The translations under genes and the position numbers were made by a program. Below the pieces are notes generated by a model. It saw nothing but the letters and a program-made list of their open reading frames with translations. It was not told where the DNA came from and ran no database searches. Shown in pieces: positions 28,669-37,556 of a stretch of DNA of 64,000 bases (positions are counted from its first letter, which is position 1; the number at the start of each line of letters is the position of its first letter). The DNA is from an uncultured Gammaproteobacteria bacterium. GTDB lineage: Bacteria; Patescibacteriota; Patescibacteriia; Magasanikbacterales; JBBTQS01. The DNA lies in NCBI GenBank assembly GCA_964627525.1, contig CAZVIA010000005.1:6078-70077 (forward strand), in the 5' to 3' direction.

Positions 28669-30039
28669 TCAGGAAGGGCAACCAGTGTCGGGATCAGCGG
28701 GGGCTGAGTCACACGCGTCGCCGCATGCGTCTCCGTCCTCGTTCTCCTGACCATCGTTGGCGTTCAGCGGGCAGTTATCTTCTGCGTCGCCCACACCATC
28801 GTTGTCATCGTCACTGTCGCACTCGTCTCCGTAATTGTCACCGTCCGTGTCCACCTGATCCGGGTTGTCTACACCCGGGCAGTTGTCCATGGGCACGCCG
28901 TCGCCATCCATATCAGGCAGGCACACCCCGGTCGGGAGATCGTCACTCACGTAACATTCCTCATCCACGGCGCAAACCGCGGTGGGATCACAGCTCATTC
29001 CGCACACCGGATCTGAACCACACACGCCGGAACAGTTGGGAACGCACTCTACGCACGCGCCATCCTGACAGGACATGTCGCTGGCACCGAACTCACAAGG
29101 AGTCCCATCGTCTACCACAGAGGCAGCCGTGCACAAGCCAGTGGCCGGATCACAGACATCACCCATGGTACAGACCTCGTTGTCCTCACAGTCAACGGCC
29201 GTGCCAGAGCACGTGCCACCACTGCAGACATCTTCGGTCGTACACAAGTTGTCGTCGACGCAGGACTGACCGTCCTGGGCCGCGGAATCATTCTCACAGC
29301 TACCGTCGGTCTCGTCACACGAGTCCGCGGTGCAGGTATTCGAATCATCGCAATCCACTGCCGTACCGACCTGACAAGCTCCGTCCACACACACGTCACC
29401 GGTGGTGCACAGGTTGCCATCGTCGCAGGCGATATCCAAGTTGGTGCTCACGCAACCAGTCCCAACGACACACTCGTCACTGGTACAGACCTCTCCGTCA
29501 TCGCACGAAGCGTTGTTCGGAGCGTTGGCACAACCAGTCAAAGGATCACAGGAATCCACGGTGCAGGCGAAGGTGTCGTCACAGTCCGTGGCACTGGTAT
29601 CTGTCCCAGCGCACGAGCTGTCCGCACACACGTCAGTGGTGGTACACGCATTGCTGTCATCGCACGAAGCGACGTTAGCCGTGTTCACACACTGATAATT
29701 CGTACACACATCGTCGGTACAGACGTTGGTGTCGTCACACTGCGTATCCATGATACAGGCAATTGCTTCCTCACAACCTTCCGCATCGGAATCCTTGATG
29801 TACGCGCAGTATGCCTGCGTGTCACCGTCCTTCATGTAACAGAAGTATCCGGTCAAAGCGCACGGATCTGCGGGCTCTCCCGCGCAATCCGCGTCAACCG
29901 TACATTCGGTCAAACCACTCACCGTGGTTACGAACTGATCCAATGCCGGAGCATCGGTCATGTTCCCACAACCGTAGATGAGCGGAGAAACGATCAGTAC
30001 GGACAGAACGAACAGAGCGGTCTTTGACTGCTGCATCAT
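28669..30039 (-). CDS. Cys-rich repeat lipoprotein with C-terminal thrombospondin type-3 repeats
   Basis: Lipobox-like LIYGC; CDD.N.CT.D.C repeats; DNCP...NPDQ.D.DGD..GD.CD motifs; GC-rich; SD GAGGAG. Confidence 0.8.
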   Translation of the reverse strand: MMQQSKTALFVLSVLIVSPLIYGCGNMTDAPALDQFVTTVSGLTECTVDADCAGEPADPCALTGYFCYMKDGDTQAYCAYIKDSDAEGCEEAIACIMDTQCDDTNVCTDDVCTNYQCVNTANVASCDDSNACTTTDVCADSSCAGTDTSATDCDDTFACTVDSCDPLTGCANAPNNASCDDGEVCTSDECVVGTGCVSTNLDIACDDGNLCTTGDVCVDGACQVGTAVDCDDSNTCTADSCDETDGSCENDSAAQDGQSCVDDNLCTTEDVCSGGTCSGTAVDCEDNEVCTMGDVCDPATGLCTAASVVDDGTPCEFGASDMSCQDGACVECVPNCSGVCGSDPVCGMSCDPTAVCAVDEECYVSDDLPTGVCLPDMDGDGVPMDNCPGVDNPDQVDTDGDNYGDECDSDDDNDGVGDAEDNCPLNANDGQENEDGDACGDACDSAPADPDTGCPS

Positions 30040-30340
30040 GGGAAAAACTCCTCTTCCCACACCCAGTTTACACCAGGTGCTTTTGCTATTAGGCGTGGTT
30101 TTAAGATGATCTTGCCTAAGGATCATCCGAGCTGCGATCCGCAGTCTTTTTGCTTAAATTTTTTAAGCAAAAAAACCACAGATCAGAGTATTTTTAATAT
30201 ACACTCTCAAAAAGAGCAGGTCTTAAGTTAACATAATTATTATATTTTGTCAAGTCTTTTTTAGAAAAAAATTTTAAAACAAAAAAATTAGCTAAATTTA
30301 GCTAAAAAATAGCTGTCAAAAAGTTATCCACAAAAAAAAT

Positions 30341-30441
30341 TTGACTAGAATTTTAAATTTTTTATAATTGGTTCTAGTCTTGCTCTGCAAGATAGAAAAA
30401 CGTCGGGGCGGCACTCCAATCGCGCGGCGTTTTTCGTTTTT
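30341..30441 (+). ncRNA. Candidate small RNA of about 65 nt with its promoter, convergent on lexA
   Basis: TTGACT-N16-TATAAT (30341-30368), two hairpins, T-run. Confidence 0.4.
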
Positions 30442-30455
30442 ATAGACAAAAAATC

Positions 30456-31064
30456 CTAAGCAGCGCTAAACTTTCGTATCACTGCTTTTACAATTCCTTG
30501 TATATTTGGATTGCAAGCATAAATAGGTTTCATTGAACTGTTAGCTGGTTGTAATCTTATACGTTCTTTTTCTCTATAAAACTTTTTTAAAGTTGCATAT
30601 GCATTATCTAACAAAGCAACAACAACATCTCCATTTGTTGGCGAAGGATTTCTTTCAACAACAACATAATCCCCATCAAAAATTCCATCCTCTATCATTG
30701 ACTCACCTTTTACTTTTAAAACATAAGAATTAAAACTATCTACAACAAAATCTGCTGGCACTCCAAAAGTTTCATTATCTTCTAAAGCTTCAATTGGTTC
30801 ACCAGCTGTAATCATTCCAGACAAAGGCAAAAGAATTGTGCGACCAGTTTGCATTGCTTTTGAAGAAAGTTCAATTGAGCGAGCGCGATTGTGTGAACGT
30901 TTTATGTATTTCTTTTTTTCAAGAGATTTTAAATGTTCATGAATTGTTGCAACTGAAGACACACCAAGCTCTTGAGCAATTTCTTCTAAAGAAGGAGCAT
31001 AGTCATATTGCAAAACATAATTTACAACATAATTTAAAACTGATTTTTGGCGAGGTGTTAGCAT
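30456..31064 (-). CDS. lexA: SOS repressor LexA
   Basis: LTPRQ..VL, APSLEEIA, Ala-Gly cleavage site TAGEPI, V.GESMI, TLKK. Confidence 0.95.
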   Translation of the reverse strand: MLTPRQKSVLNYVVNYVLQYDYAPSLEEIAQELGVSSVATIHEHLKSLEKKKYIKRSHNRARSIELSSKAMQTGRTILLPLSGMITAGEPIEALEDNETFGVPADFVVDSFNSYVLKVKGESMIEDGIFDGDYVVVERNPSPTNGDVVVALLDNAYATLKKFYREKERIRLQPANSSMKPIYACNPNIQGIVKAVIRKFSAA

Positions 31065-31102
31065 AAGCACATGAATTTATTTTAATTACTCCTGTGCTCA
31101 AA

Positions 31103-31130
31103 CTATACCCGAAAGAAAACCGAAAGTCAA
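31103..31130 (-). promoter_or_regulatory. lexA promoter with TTCGG-N6-TTCGG direct repeat (putative LexA box)
   Basis: TTGACT-TTCGGTTTTCTTTCGGG-TATAGT on the minus strand. Confidence 0.7.
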
Positions 31131-31204
31131 AATATTTATTGTGGATAAGTTTTTTTACAACCTAAAACCGACCTCTAGTTTGAAGTCGGCTTACTCATCC
31201 ATCC

Positions 31205-32599
31205 TTAGATACGCTCTTCGCGCATCTCCAAGTTATTTGAAGACAGGTCAAATATTATTATCTTCTTAGCTCGCTTGTCAAGAATATTTAAATATTTTTT
31301 CATTGCTGAAATTTCATTTTTTGGAAAAACTTTTGGAATAAGACCCCAGTACAAATTCAACTGCTGTGCATGAGTTTTATCTTCTGCTGAAACTATAATC
31401 GGCAACTCTGGCCTAAACCTACGAATCATTGGAGCATATTTTGAAGCTGAACGTGCAACTAAAATTGCTTGAACTTTATTTGTGCGCGCCAATAAAGAAG
31501 CAATTGAACTTAACTCACTGTGTTTTTTATCTGAAACAAAATCCAAAGCAGTTGGCACAAAATCATCAAAAACAGATTTTTCAGTTTCTTTTATTATGTT
31601 AGCCATTGTCTTAACCGTAACAACAGGATACTTCCCTGTTGCAGATTCACCAGACAACATCGTTGCATCTGTGTGATCCACAACAGCATTTGCAACATCA
31701 GAAATTTCCGCACGAGTTGGGCGAGGTTTTTCAACCATTGAACCTAACATTTCAGTTGCCACAATTACAGCACGATTTGCTTCAATAGCTTTTTCTGTAA
31801 TTATTTTTTGCAAAACCGGCACGCGAGTTCCTTCTGTTTCTAAAGCCAAATCACCGCGCGCAACCATAATTATATCTACAACTTGCAAAATACTATCAAA
31901 ATTATCTACCGCCTCACGCATTTCAACTTTAGCAACAACCAATGGAAACCGAGCACCTTTTGGCAACCATTTTTTTATTAATTTACGCAACTGCTTAATA
32001 TCTTTTGCTGTGCGCACAAATGACAAAGAAACAATATCCACTCCTTGCGCCAACCCAAATTTCAAATCTTTTTTATCTTTATCAGTAATTGTTGCTACTG
32101 ATAATTTTGCAGTTGGTGTATTTAAACCTTTGTGACTTTTTAATTTCCCACCCACAACAACTTTACAATAAACATTTTTTCCAGAAATTTTTTCAACTTT
32201 TAATTCCAGCAAACCATCATCCAACAAAACCTGATCACCCTTACTAACATCTTTGTATAATTTTTTATATTGAACTGGAATGTGATCTTTGATTAATTTT
32301 TCCGCACAAGACAAAACCACAACTTTACCCTTGATTAATTTCAAACCTTGCTCTGGCAAATCTCCTACACGAATTTTTGGTCCAGAAAGATCTTGCAAAA
32401 TTGCTACTGGCTGACCAACTTTACGCGACGCTGTACGAATCAATCGAATTAATTTTTTGTGATCTGGATGTGTGCCATGAGAAAAATTTAAACGACAAAC
32501 ATTCATCCCAGCTTTCATCATTTTTTCCAAAACCACTGGCTTAGAACTTGCCGGCCCAATAGTGCATACAATTTTTGTTCGCTTCATTGTTGGTTTCAT
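31205..32599 (-). CDS. pyk: Pyruvate kinase
   Basis: TKIVCTIGPAS, RLNFSHG, DL.GPKIR, IMVARGDL, MLSGESA.GKYP. Confidence 0.97.
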   Translation of the reverse strand: MKPTMKRTKIVCTIGPASSKPVVLEKMMKAGMNVCRLNFSHGTHPDHKKLIRLIRTASRKVGQPVAILQDLSGPKIRVGDLPEQGLKLIKGKVVVLSCAEKLIKDHIPVQYKKLYKDVSKGDQVLLDDGLLELKVEKISGKNVYCKVVVGGKLKSHKGLNTPTAKLSVATITDKDKKDLKFGLAQGVDIVSLSFVRTAKDIKQLRKLIKKWLPKGARFPLVVAKVEMREAVDNFDSILQVVDIIMVARGDLALETEGTRVPVLQKIITEKAIEANRAVIVATEMLGSMVEKPRPTRAEISDVANAVVDHTDATMLSGESATGKYPVVTVKTMANIIKETEKSVFDDFVPTALDFVSDKKHSELSSIASLLARTNKVQAILVARSASKYAPMIRRFRPELPIIVSAEDKTHAQQLNLYWGLIPKVFPKNEISAMKKYLNILDKRAKKIIIFDLSSNNLEMREERI

Positions 32600-32617
32600 A
32601 ATTTGTTGTTTGAAAAT

Positions 32618-32971
32618 TTATCGTTGTTGATATTGTTTTAAAATTTCTTCTGGTGAAAAGTTTTCACCTGAAAAACCAAACCCACTAAAAATAGCACCAA
32701 CACCATCTTCTTTAAATGAAGTGCTTATTGTCTCAAACTGTGTGCGCACAAATCTTGGCACAAAAACTAATCCAAAAATTATTATACCAATTAATATTGC
32801 CAACTTTAACCAACCCCACAAACTTGAAATAATTTGATAGCGCCGAACTTTTTTACTGAGCTTAATACTTTCTTGAGTCAGCTCAATATTTTGTTTTAAT
32901 AATTTTAAAATCTCACTATTGCTTGGGCCTGCTGATTTTTCAACTGGCTTTGATATGGTTTTTTTGTCCAT
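32618..32971 (-). CDS. Hypothetical membrane protein
   Basis: Single TM; co-oriented between nrdR and pyk. Confidence 0.6.
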   Translation of the reverse strand: MDKKTISKPVEKSAGPSNSEILKLLKQNIELTQESIKLSKKVRRYQIISSLWGWLKLAILIGIIIFGLVFVPRFVRTQFETISTSFKEDGVGAIFSGFGFSGENFSPEEILKQYQQR

Positions 32972-32974
32972 AAA

Positions 32975-33454
32975 TTATTTCTTATTATTAACACGCTTTT
33001 TGCTTTTGCTTAAAAGCGCTTTTAATTCTTTTTGAAAACTTTTCACATCCTTAAATTGACGATACACACTCGCAAATCTTATGTACGCAACTTGATCAAA
33101 TTTTCTTAAATATTTCATTATGATTTCACCAATCTGCTTGCTGGTGATTTCACGATTTTTTTTCTTTTGAATTTCTTGTTCAATTTTGTGGATCAAAGTT
33201 TTAAATTTATCTTGGGTGTATGGACGTTTTTCTAAAGATTTAAAAATACCTCGTGATAATTTTTCTCTATTATAAGTTTCCCGTTGGCCATTATTTTTAA
33301 CCACAGTTATATCTAGCAATTCCATTTCTTCAGTTGTTGAAAATCTAAAATGGCATTTTTCACATTCACGACGGCGACGCACACTTAAACCATCTTGAGC
33401 CACGCGCGAATCCACCACTTTTGTTTCTTTATTTTTACAGCTAGGACAATGCAT
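32975..33454 (-). CDS. nrdR: Transcriptional repressor NrdR
   Basis: MHCP.C...TKVVDSR...RRRREC..C..RF.T.E; VAYIRFASVY. Confidence 0.97.
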   Translation of the reverse strand: MHCPSCKNKETKVVDSRVAQDGLSVRRRRECEKCHFRFSTTEEMELLDITVVKNNGQRETYNREKLSRGIFKSLEKRPYTQDKFKTLIHKIEQEIQKKKNREITSKQIGEIIMKYLRKFDQVAYIRFASVYRQFKDVKSFQKELKALLSKSKKRVNNKK

Positions 33455-33562
33455 AGTGTTGGTATTATAGCACGATTGACTTGGCAGTATTAAAAATTTT
33501 TGCTATTATCATTTCTCACTATGCAATGGCGCATAGTGTTAACCAGGGGGAGGTTGGCTCAA

Positions 33563-34804
33563 ATGAGTGAGCAGACCAGAACCATAGCCAGATTGACTGT
33601 TGCCAGTATTCACATGATAAAAATTCCTATCTATGTTTTTCGCATAAAAGGCAAAGATGGAGCACAAAGAAGTAACATCAGATGGGTCAATGTTGGTGGA
33701 AAACTTGCAGGCATTGCATCGCGCTCTGAAGAGTACCCTTACAACATCACTGTTGTGGTGATGATAGATAGTGAGGGCAGAAAATACTTTTTAAGTTCAG
33801 ATTCTTTTAGGGTGTATGTGTTCAAAGCCAAAGATGTGCAAGTGACAACTTCAGGTAAATTTGCAAAGACAGTACTTAAGACACACTTAATAACTGGAAG
33901 GTATGGTGCTTATCATAACAATGCATGTAATTGTTCGTATCGTGATGTGCCACATCGTAAAGAGTGTTACACAACAGAATATCTTGATGCAAAAAGTGCT
34001 CTTCGAGAAAAAACTCTGTTTGACCAGCGATTTGTCCGAGTTATGTGGTCTCATGATTATCATGGCTTGAAACGCATCCATTTTGAAAAAGAATATACTT
34101 TTGAAGAGTTGTGCGCTCTTAAGCCTGGTGATGTGTTGTTTGAAGTAAAAGATCATCCATTCAAAAAAGAGACTGGAAAATTCAGTCTTCCTTGCAGAGT
34201 TGAAACTACTCCAAGTTGGATGAGGTACAAACGAACTTTTGGTTGGATCACACAAGTCAAGAAAATGACTGTGTTCACAAATGGTATTGTGCATTTTCCT
34301 TTAGAAAGGCCTTTTGGTGCAATTGGCTGGAAGCAGTGGTCTTTGATTAAATTCACACAACGCATTCATGCCGAAAACTGGCATGAGATGCTTAAAGCGA
34401 TTGAAGGTAAATATTTTGAAGGTGTAAACACATCTACAAAACTCAATCGAGCAATTCGAAATTTGCACTTTATTGGAGAAAGCCAGGATCGTATCAGAAA
34501 AATTCAGGGCGAGTGCTTCAGAGGTGGTACTTTTGATGAATGTCATGGTGTAGAAGTAGGTATTGGTGAACGACTTTTGTTCATTGGTCAAAAAAATAAT
34601 GTGCCCGTATATGTGATTGACTCCCCTAGCTATGGGACTGCACTATATGTTTTCACTGATGAAACAGTTGCGCGTAATTTTGCAAACAAACGTATCAGCG
34701 CAACTAAGGCCCAGGAATCTGCATCTGCTCGTGTGATTCATGTTGGAAAATGGGAAGCTCGAGCTAGTCAAGCTATTGCGTCTGCTAGCGTAGCAAGTTC
34801 GTAA
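33563..34804 (+). CDS. Hypothetical protein (solitary accessory gene)
   Basis: Long ORF; SD GGGGGAGGT before ATG 33563; TTAAC-loop hairpin 34837-34867. Confidence 0.7.
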   Translation: MSEQTRTIARLTVASIHMIKIPIYVFRIKGKDGAQRSNIRWVNVGGKLAGIASRSEEYPYNITVVVMIDSEGRKYFLSSDSFRVYVFKAKDVQVTTSGKFAKTVLKTHLITGRYGAYHNNACNCSYRDVPHRKECYTTEYLDAKSALREKTLFDQRFVRVMWSHDYHGLKRIHFEKEYTFEELCALKPGDVLFEVKDHPFKKETGKFSLPCRVETTPSWMRYKRTFGWITQVKKMTVFTNGIVHFPLERPFGAIGWKQWSLIKFTQRIHAENWHEMLKAIEGKYFEGVNTSTKLNRAIRNLHFIGESQDRIRKIQGECFRGGTFDECHGVEVGIGERLLFIGQKNNVPVYVIDSPSYGTALYVFTDETVARNFANKRISATKAQESASARVIHVGKWEARASQAIASASVASS

Positions 34805-34894
34805 TTTAACAGAGCTATTCCCTATTAACCCTTAACAAGGCCGCTTAGTTAACTACTAAGTGGTTTTGTAATTTATATAATTTTAAAATTTAAA

Positions 34895-35012
34895 AAATAC
34901 CCGTAACCTGATTCGTTGAACCAAGTTACGGGCAAAGGGGTGATTTGGTAGAGGATTTTTCTAGGGGAGCCCTCCACCAGTCCGTGACGAGGTCTACCAT
35001 CATGGCTCTCTC
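34895..35012 (-). ncRNA. Candidate small RNA downstream of ftsZ
   Basis: TTGCAA-N17-CATAAT promoter (35047-35019); GC-rich hairpins; terminator CCCGTAAC...GTTACGGG-TATTTTTT. Confidence 0.45.
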
Positions 35013-35053
35013 ATAATTATTATGTCGTAATTTAATTTTTTTTGCAATATTAA

Positions 35054-35085
35054 AAAGCCCTGTCGCTTTGAGGTGACAGGGCTTT
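35054..35085 (-). terminator. ftsZ terminator
   Basis: AAAGCCCTGTC...GACAGGGCTTT. Confidence 0.7.
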
Positions 35086-35130
35086 AAACTTTTCTGAATT
35101 TAAAACTTTTTTATAACTTTTTTTATAAAC

Positions 35131-36441
35131 TTATCCACCCATTTTTCTTCTAATAAATGCTGGGATCTCTAACTCTTCATCAGGTTCAACATTTGCATCT
35201 GTTGCTGAATCTGGTTTTCTTAGTTTTGGTTTGATAATATTTTTCTGTGGCTGTGAATGTGGTTGTGGTTGTTGACGCTCTGTTGTTTCTTCTTTTGTTT
35301 TATCTGTTGTGCCACCAAAAATTTTTCTTTTAAAACTAGGAGGTGAATCTTTTTTCTCTTCTTCTTGTTGTCCTGTAGGTGCTGTAGCTACATTTGCAAA
35401 ATTAGTTGGACTTGGCCCAAACAAATTTTGATTCATAGACATTACAGTACTACGCTCCTGACCTCGTGGATCAATTCTTTTTGGCATACGATCACCAAAA
35501 CCAGTTGCCACAACAGTAATTTTTACTTCATCTTTCATGTCTTCATCAATCACAGCACCAAAAATAACTTTTGCATCTTCATCAGTGCTTTCTGTAATAA
35601 CTTGAGCAGCGTCATTTACTTCTTGCATTGTCATATCACTACCTCCACAAATTGTGAACAACAAACCTTTAGCTCCATCAACTGAAACTTCAAGCAAAGG
35701 AGACGCGATTGCAGATTTTGCAGCATCCACTGCACGATTTTCACCAGTTGCTCTTCCAATTCCCATGAGTGCACTTCCTGTATCATGCATGATTGCTTTT
35801 ACATCTGCGAAATCAACATTAATTAAACCTGGAGTTGTAATTAATTCTGAAATTCCTTGAACACCTTGGCGCAAAACATCATCAACAATTTTAAATGAAT
35901 CAACTAAAGATGTTTTTTTGTCTATGATTTGCAAAACTCTATCATTAGGAATACAAATTATTGTATCAACACTTCCTTCCATTTCTTCATAAGCAGAGTC
36001 AGCAACTTCTCTTCTTTGTGCTCCTTCAAAAGTAAATGGACGAGTTACAACAGCAACTGTTAAAGCACCTAAATCACGGGCAATCTTTGCAATTTCAGGA
36101 CCAGCTCCTGAGCCAGTTCCACCACCCAAACCACACGTTATAAAAACCATGTCAGTGCCTTTTAGCATGTCGCGAATTTCATTTTGAGATTCTTCTGCTG
36201 ATGCACGCCCAACATTTGGATCCATACCTGCACCAAGTCCGCGTGTTACAGAATTACCAATGTGTAATTTTTGTTGAGCACTACTATGATGCAATGCTTG
36301 AACATCAGTGTTAATTGCAACAAACTCAACACCACGAATTTTTGCAAGAATCATTCGGTTGATTGCTGAATTACCACCACCCCCTATACCTACTACTTTT
36401 ATTTTAGCAAATGTTTCAATTGCTGGTTTTACTTCTGGCAT
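35131..36441 (-). CDS. ftsZ: Cell division protein FtsZ
   Basis: [19 protein letters not shown] tubulin motif, C-terminal IPAFIRRK. Confidence 0.98.
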   Translation of the reverse strand: MPEVKPAIETFAKIKVVGIGGGGNSAINRMILAKIRGVEFVAINTDVQALHHSSAQQKLHIGNSVTRGLGAGMDPNVGRASAEESQNEIRDMLKGTDMVFITCGLGGGTGSGAGPEIAKIARDLGALTVAVVTRPFTFEGAQRREVADSAYEEMEGSVDTIICIPNDRVLQIIDKKTSLVDSFKIVDDVLRQGVQGISELITTPGLINVDFADVKAIMHDTGSALMGIGRATGENRAVDAAKSAIASPLLEVSVDGAKGLLFTICGGSDMTMQEVNDAAQVITESTDEDAKVIFGAVIDEDMKDEVKITVVATGFGDRMPKRIDPRGQERSTVMSMNQNLFGPSPTNFANVATAPTGQQEEEKKDSPPSFKRKIFGGTTDKTKEETTERQQPQPHSQPQKNIIKPKLRKPDSATDANVEPDEELEIPAFIRRKMGG

Positions 36442-36629
36442 ATTTTTTTGGTTGAACACATTTTTTGTTCAACAAAATTATTTTTGAATACATTTAGTGT
36501 TTCTATATATAAGTTTACAAGAGGATTAAAAAAAACACAATAGCTGTGGAAATAAACACAAAGTTGACAAATTTTGCCAAAAATGATATAAAAAGATGTC
36601 GCAAACAACCGCGGCAAAGGGGAGGGACT

Positions 36630-37382
36630 ATGCCTCATATAAGCGAAGACCAAATTGCTAGGTTGCGTGAGTTGGATTCAAAGTTTGAGCATGGGTTGGG
36701 AGATAACTTTGAAGCATGGCTAGATTCCATGGATCAGCTACAAGCTTTGGACATAGACGATCCAAGCCAAACTTCTGAAGCACCAAGTGATATTCGTGAA
36801 AAACAAGCTCAAGTGCTTTGGGATAAGGGTTTTGGTCGTGAGCAAGGTTATGCTGAATTCAAGGGTTACCTTGCAACCATTCCTCCACAACCAGAACGTC
36901 CAACTGATCTCCCAGACTACTTGGACAAGCTAATCCTCGTAGATGCACGAATTGCTCGTACTCAAGATAAGGATGGTGAGTACCAGTTCGGAGGACTTGT
37001 CAAAGTCTGTGAACTGCTTAGAGTCAAATTCACTGGAAACAACTCCATATTTGAACCATTCAATCCAGAACAGGTCAAAAAACAAGACGTGTATTGGATG
37101 TGGTGCCAAGATGGTAAACGTAATCTAGGTAAAACTGTCCAAACCTGCCGTAAAGAGTTCGCTGAAAATGAAATCGGACTTGATGCAATGGAAGGTCTAG
37201 CATTGTTTGCTCAACACAGAAAGATTCCAGAAGATCACTACATGGACCTGCCAAGTTCGGTCCATTGTGGCAATCGCAAGTGCTGCGCGAACCTCGACTT
37301 GTGGGACGACGTTCCGGAGTTGGACTTGGACTGGGATGGCGATGCGGATTCCAGGTTTGGTTCTGCGTCGCGTGGGGAGTAA
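36630..37382 (+). CDS. CLec-fold-like (DUF5701-like) protein, probable DGR target
   Basis: DG..N......GL...EG.AL...P.S...P.L..W......FGSASRG C-terminus; GC-richer 3' segment; downstream hairpin. Confidence 0.6.
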   Translation: MPHISEDQIARLRELDSKFEHGLGDNFEAWLDSMDQLQALDIDDPSQTSEAPSDIREKQAQVLWDKGFGREQGYAEFKGYLATIPPQPERPTDLPDYLDKLILVDARIARTQDKDGEYQFGGLVKVCELLRVKFTGNNSIFEPFNPEQVKKQDVYWMWCQDGKRNLGKTVQTCRKEFAENEIGLDAMEGLALFAQHRKIPEDHYMDLPSSVHCGNRKCCANLDLWDDVPELDLDWDGDADSRFGSASRGE

Positions 37383-37556
37383 TTTCCCTCTGCCCTTTTA
37401 ACCTAGTCACTCTTTGAAACTTTTCCCTTGTCCCTCTTAGTTTAACAACTGGGAGGGATTTGTGTTTTTTGTGAAAAAAGGGCGAAATTTGCTTTGCAAA
37501 TTTCGCCCAATAAAACACAAACTAAATACCCCAAACCCTTTATTCCAACTCCACTT

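Noticed and set aside
28608-29678. 356-aa Arg/His-rich ORF on +
   Set aside because: Antisense shadow of the Asp/Cys-rich lipoprotein
34895-35012. SRP RNA or 6S RNA
   Set aside because: No CAGG...GNAA...AGCAG domain IV motif; too short and not rod-like enough for 6S
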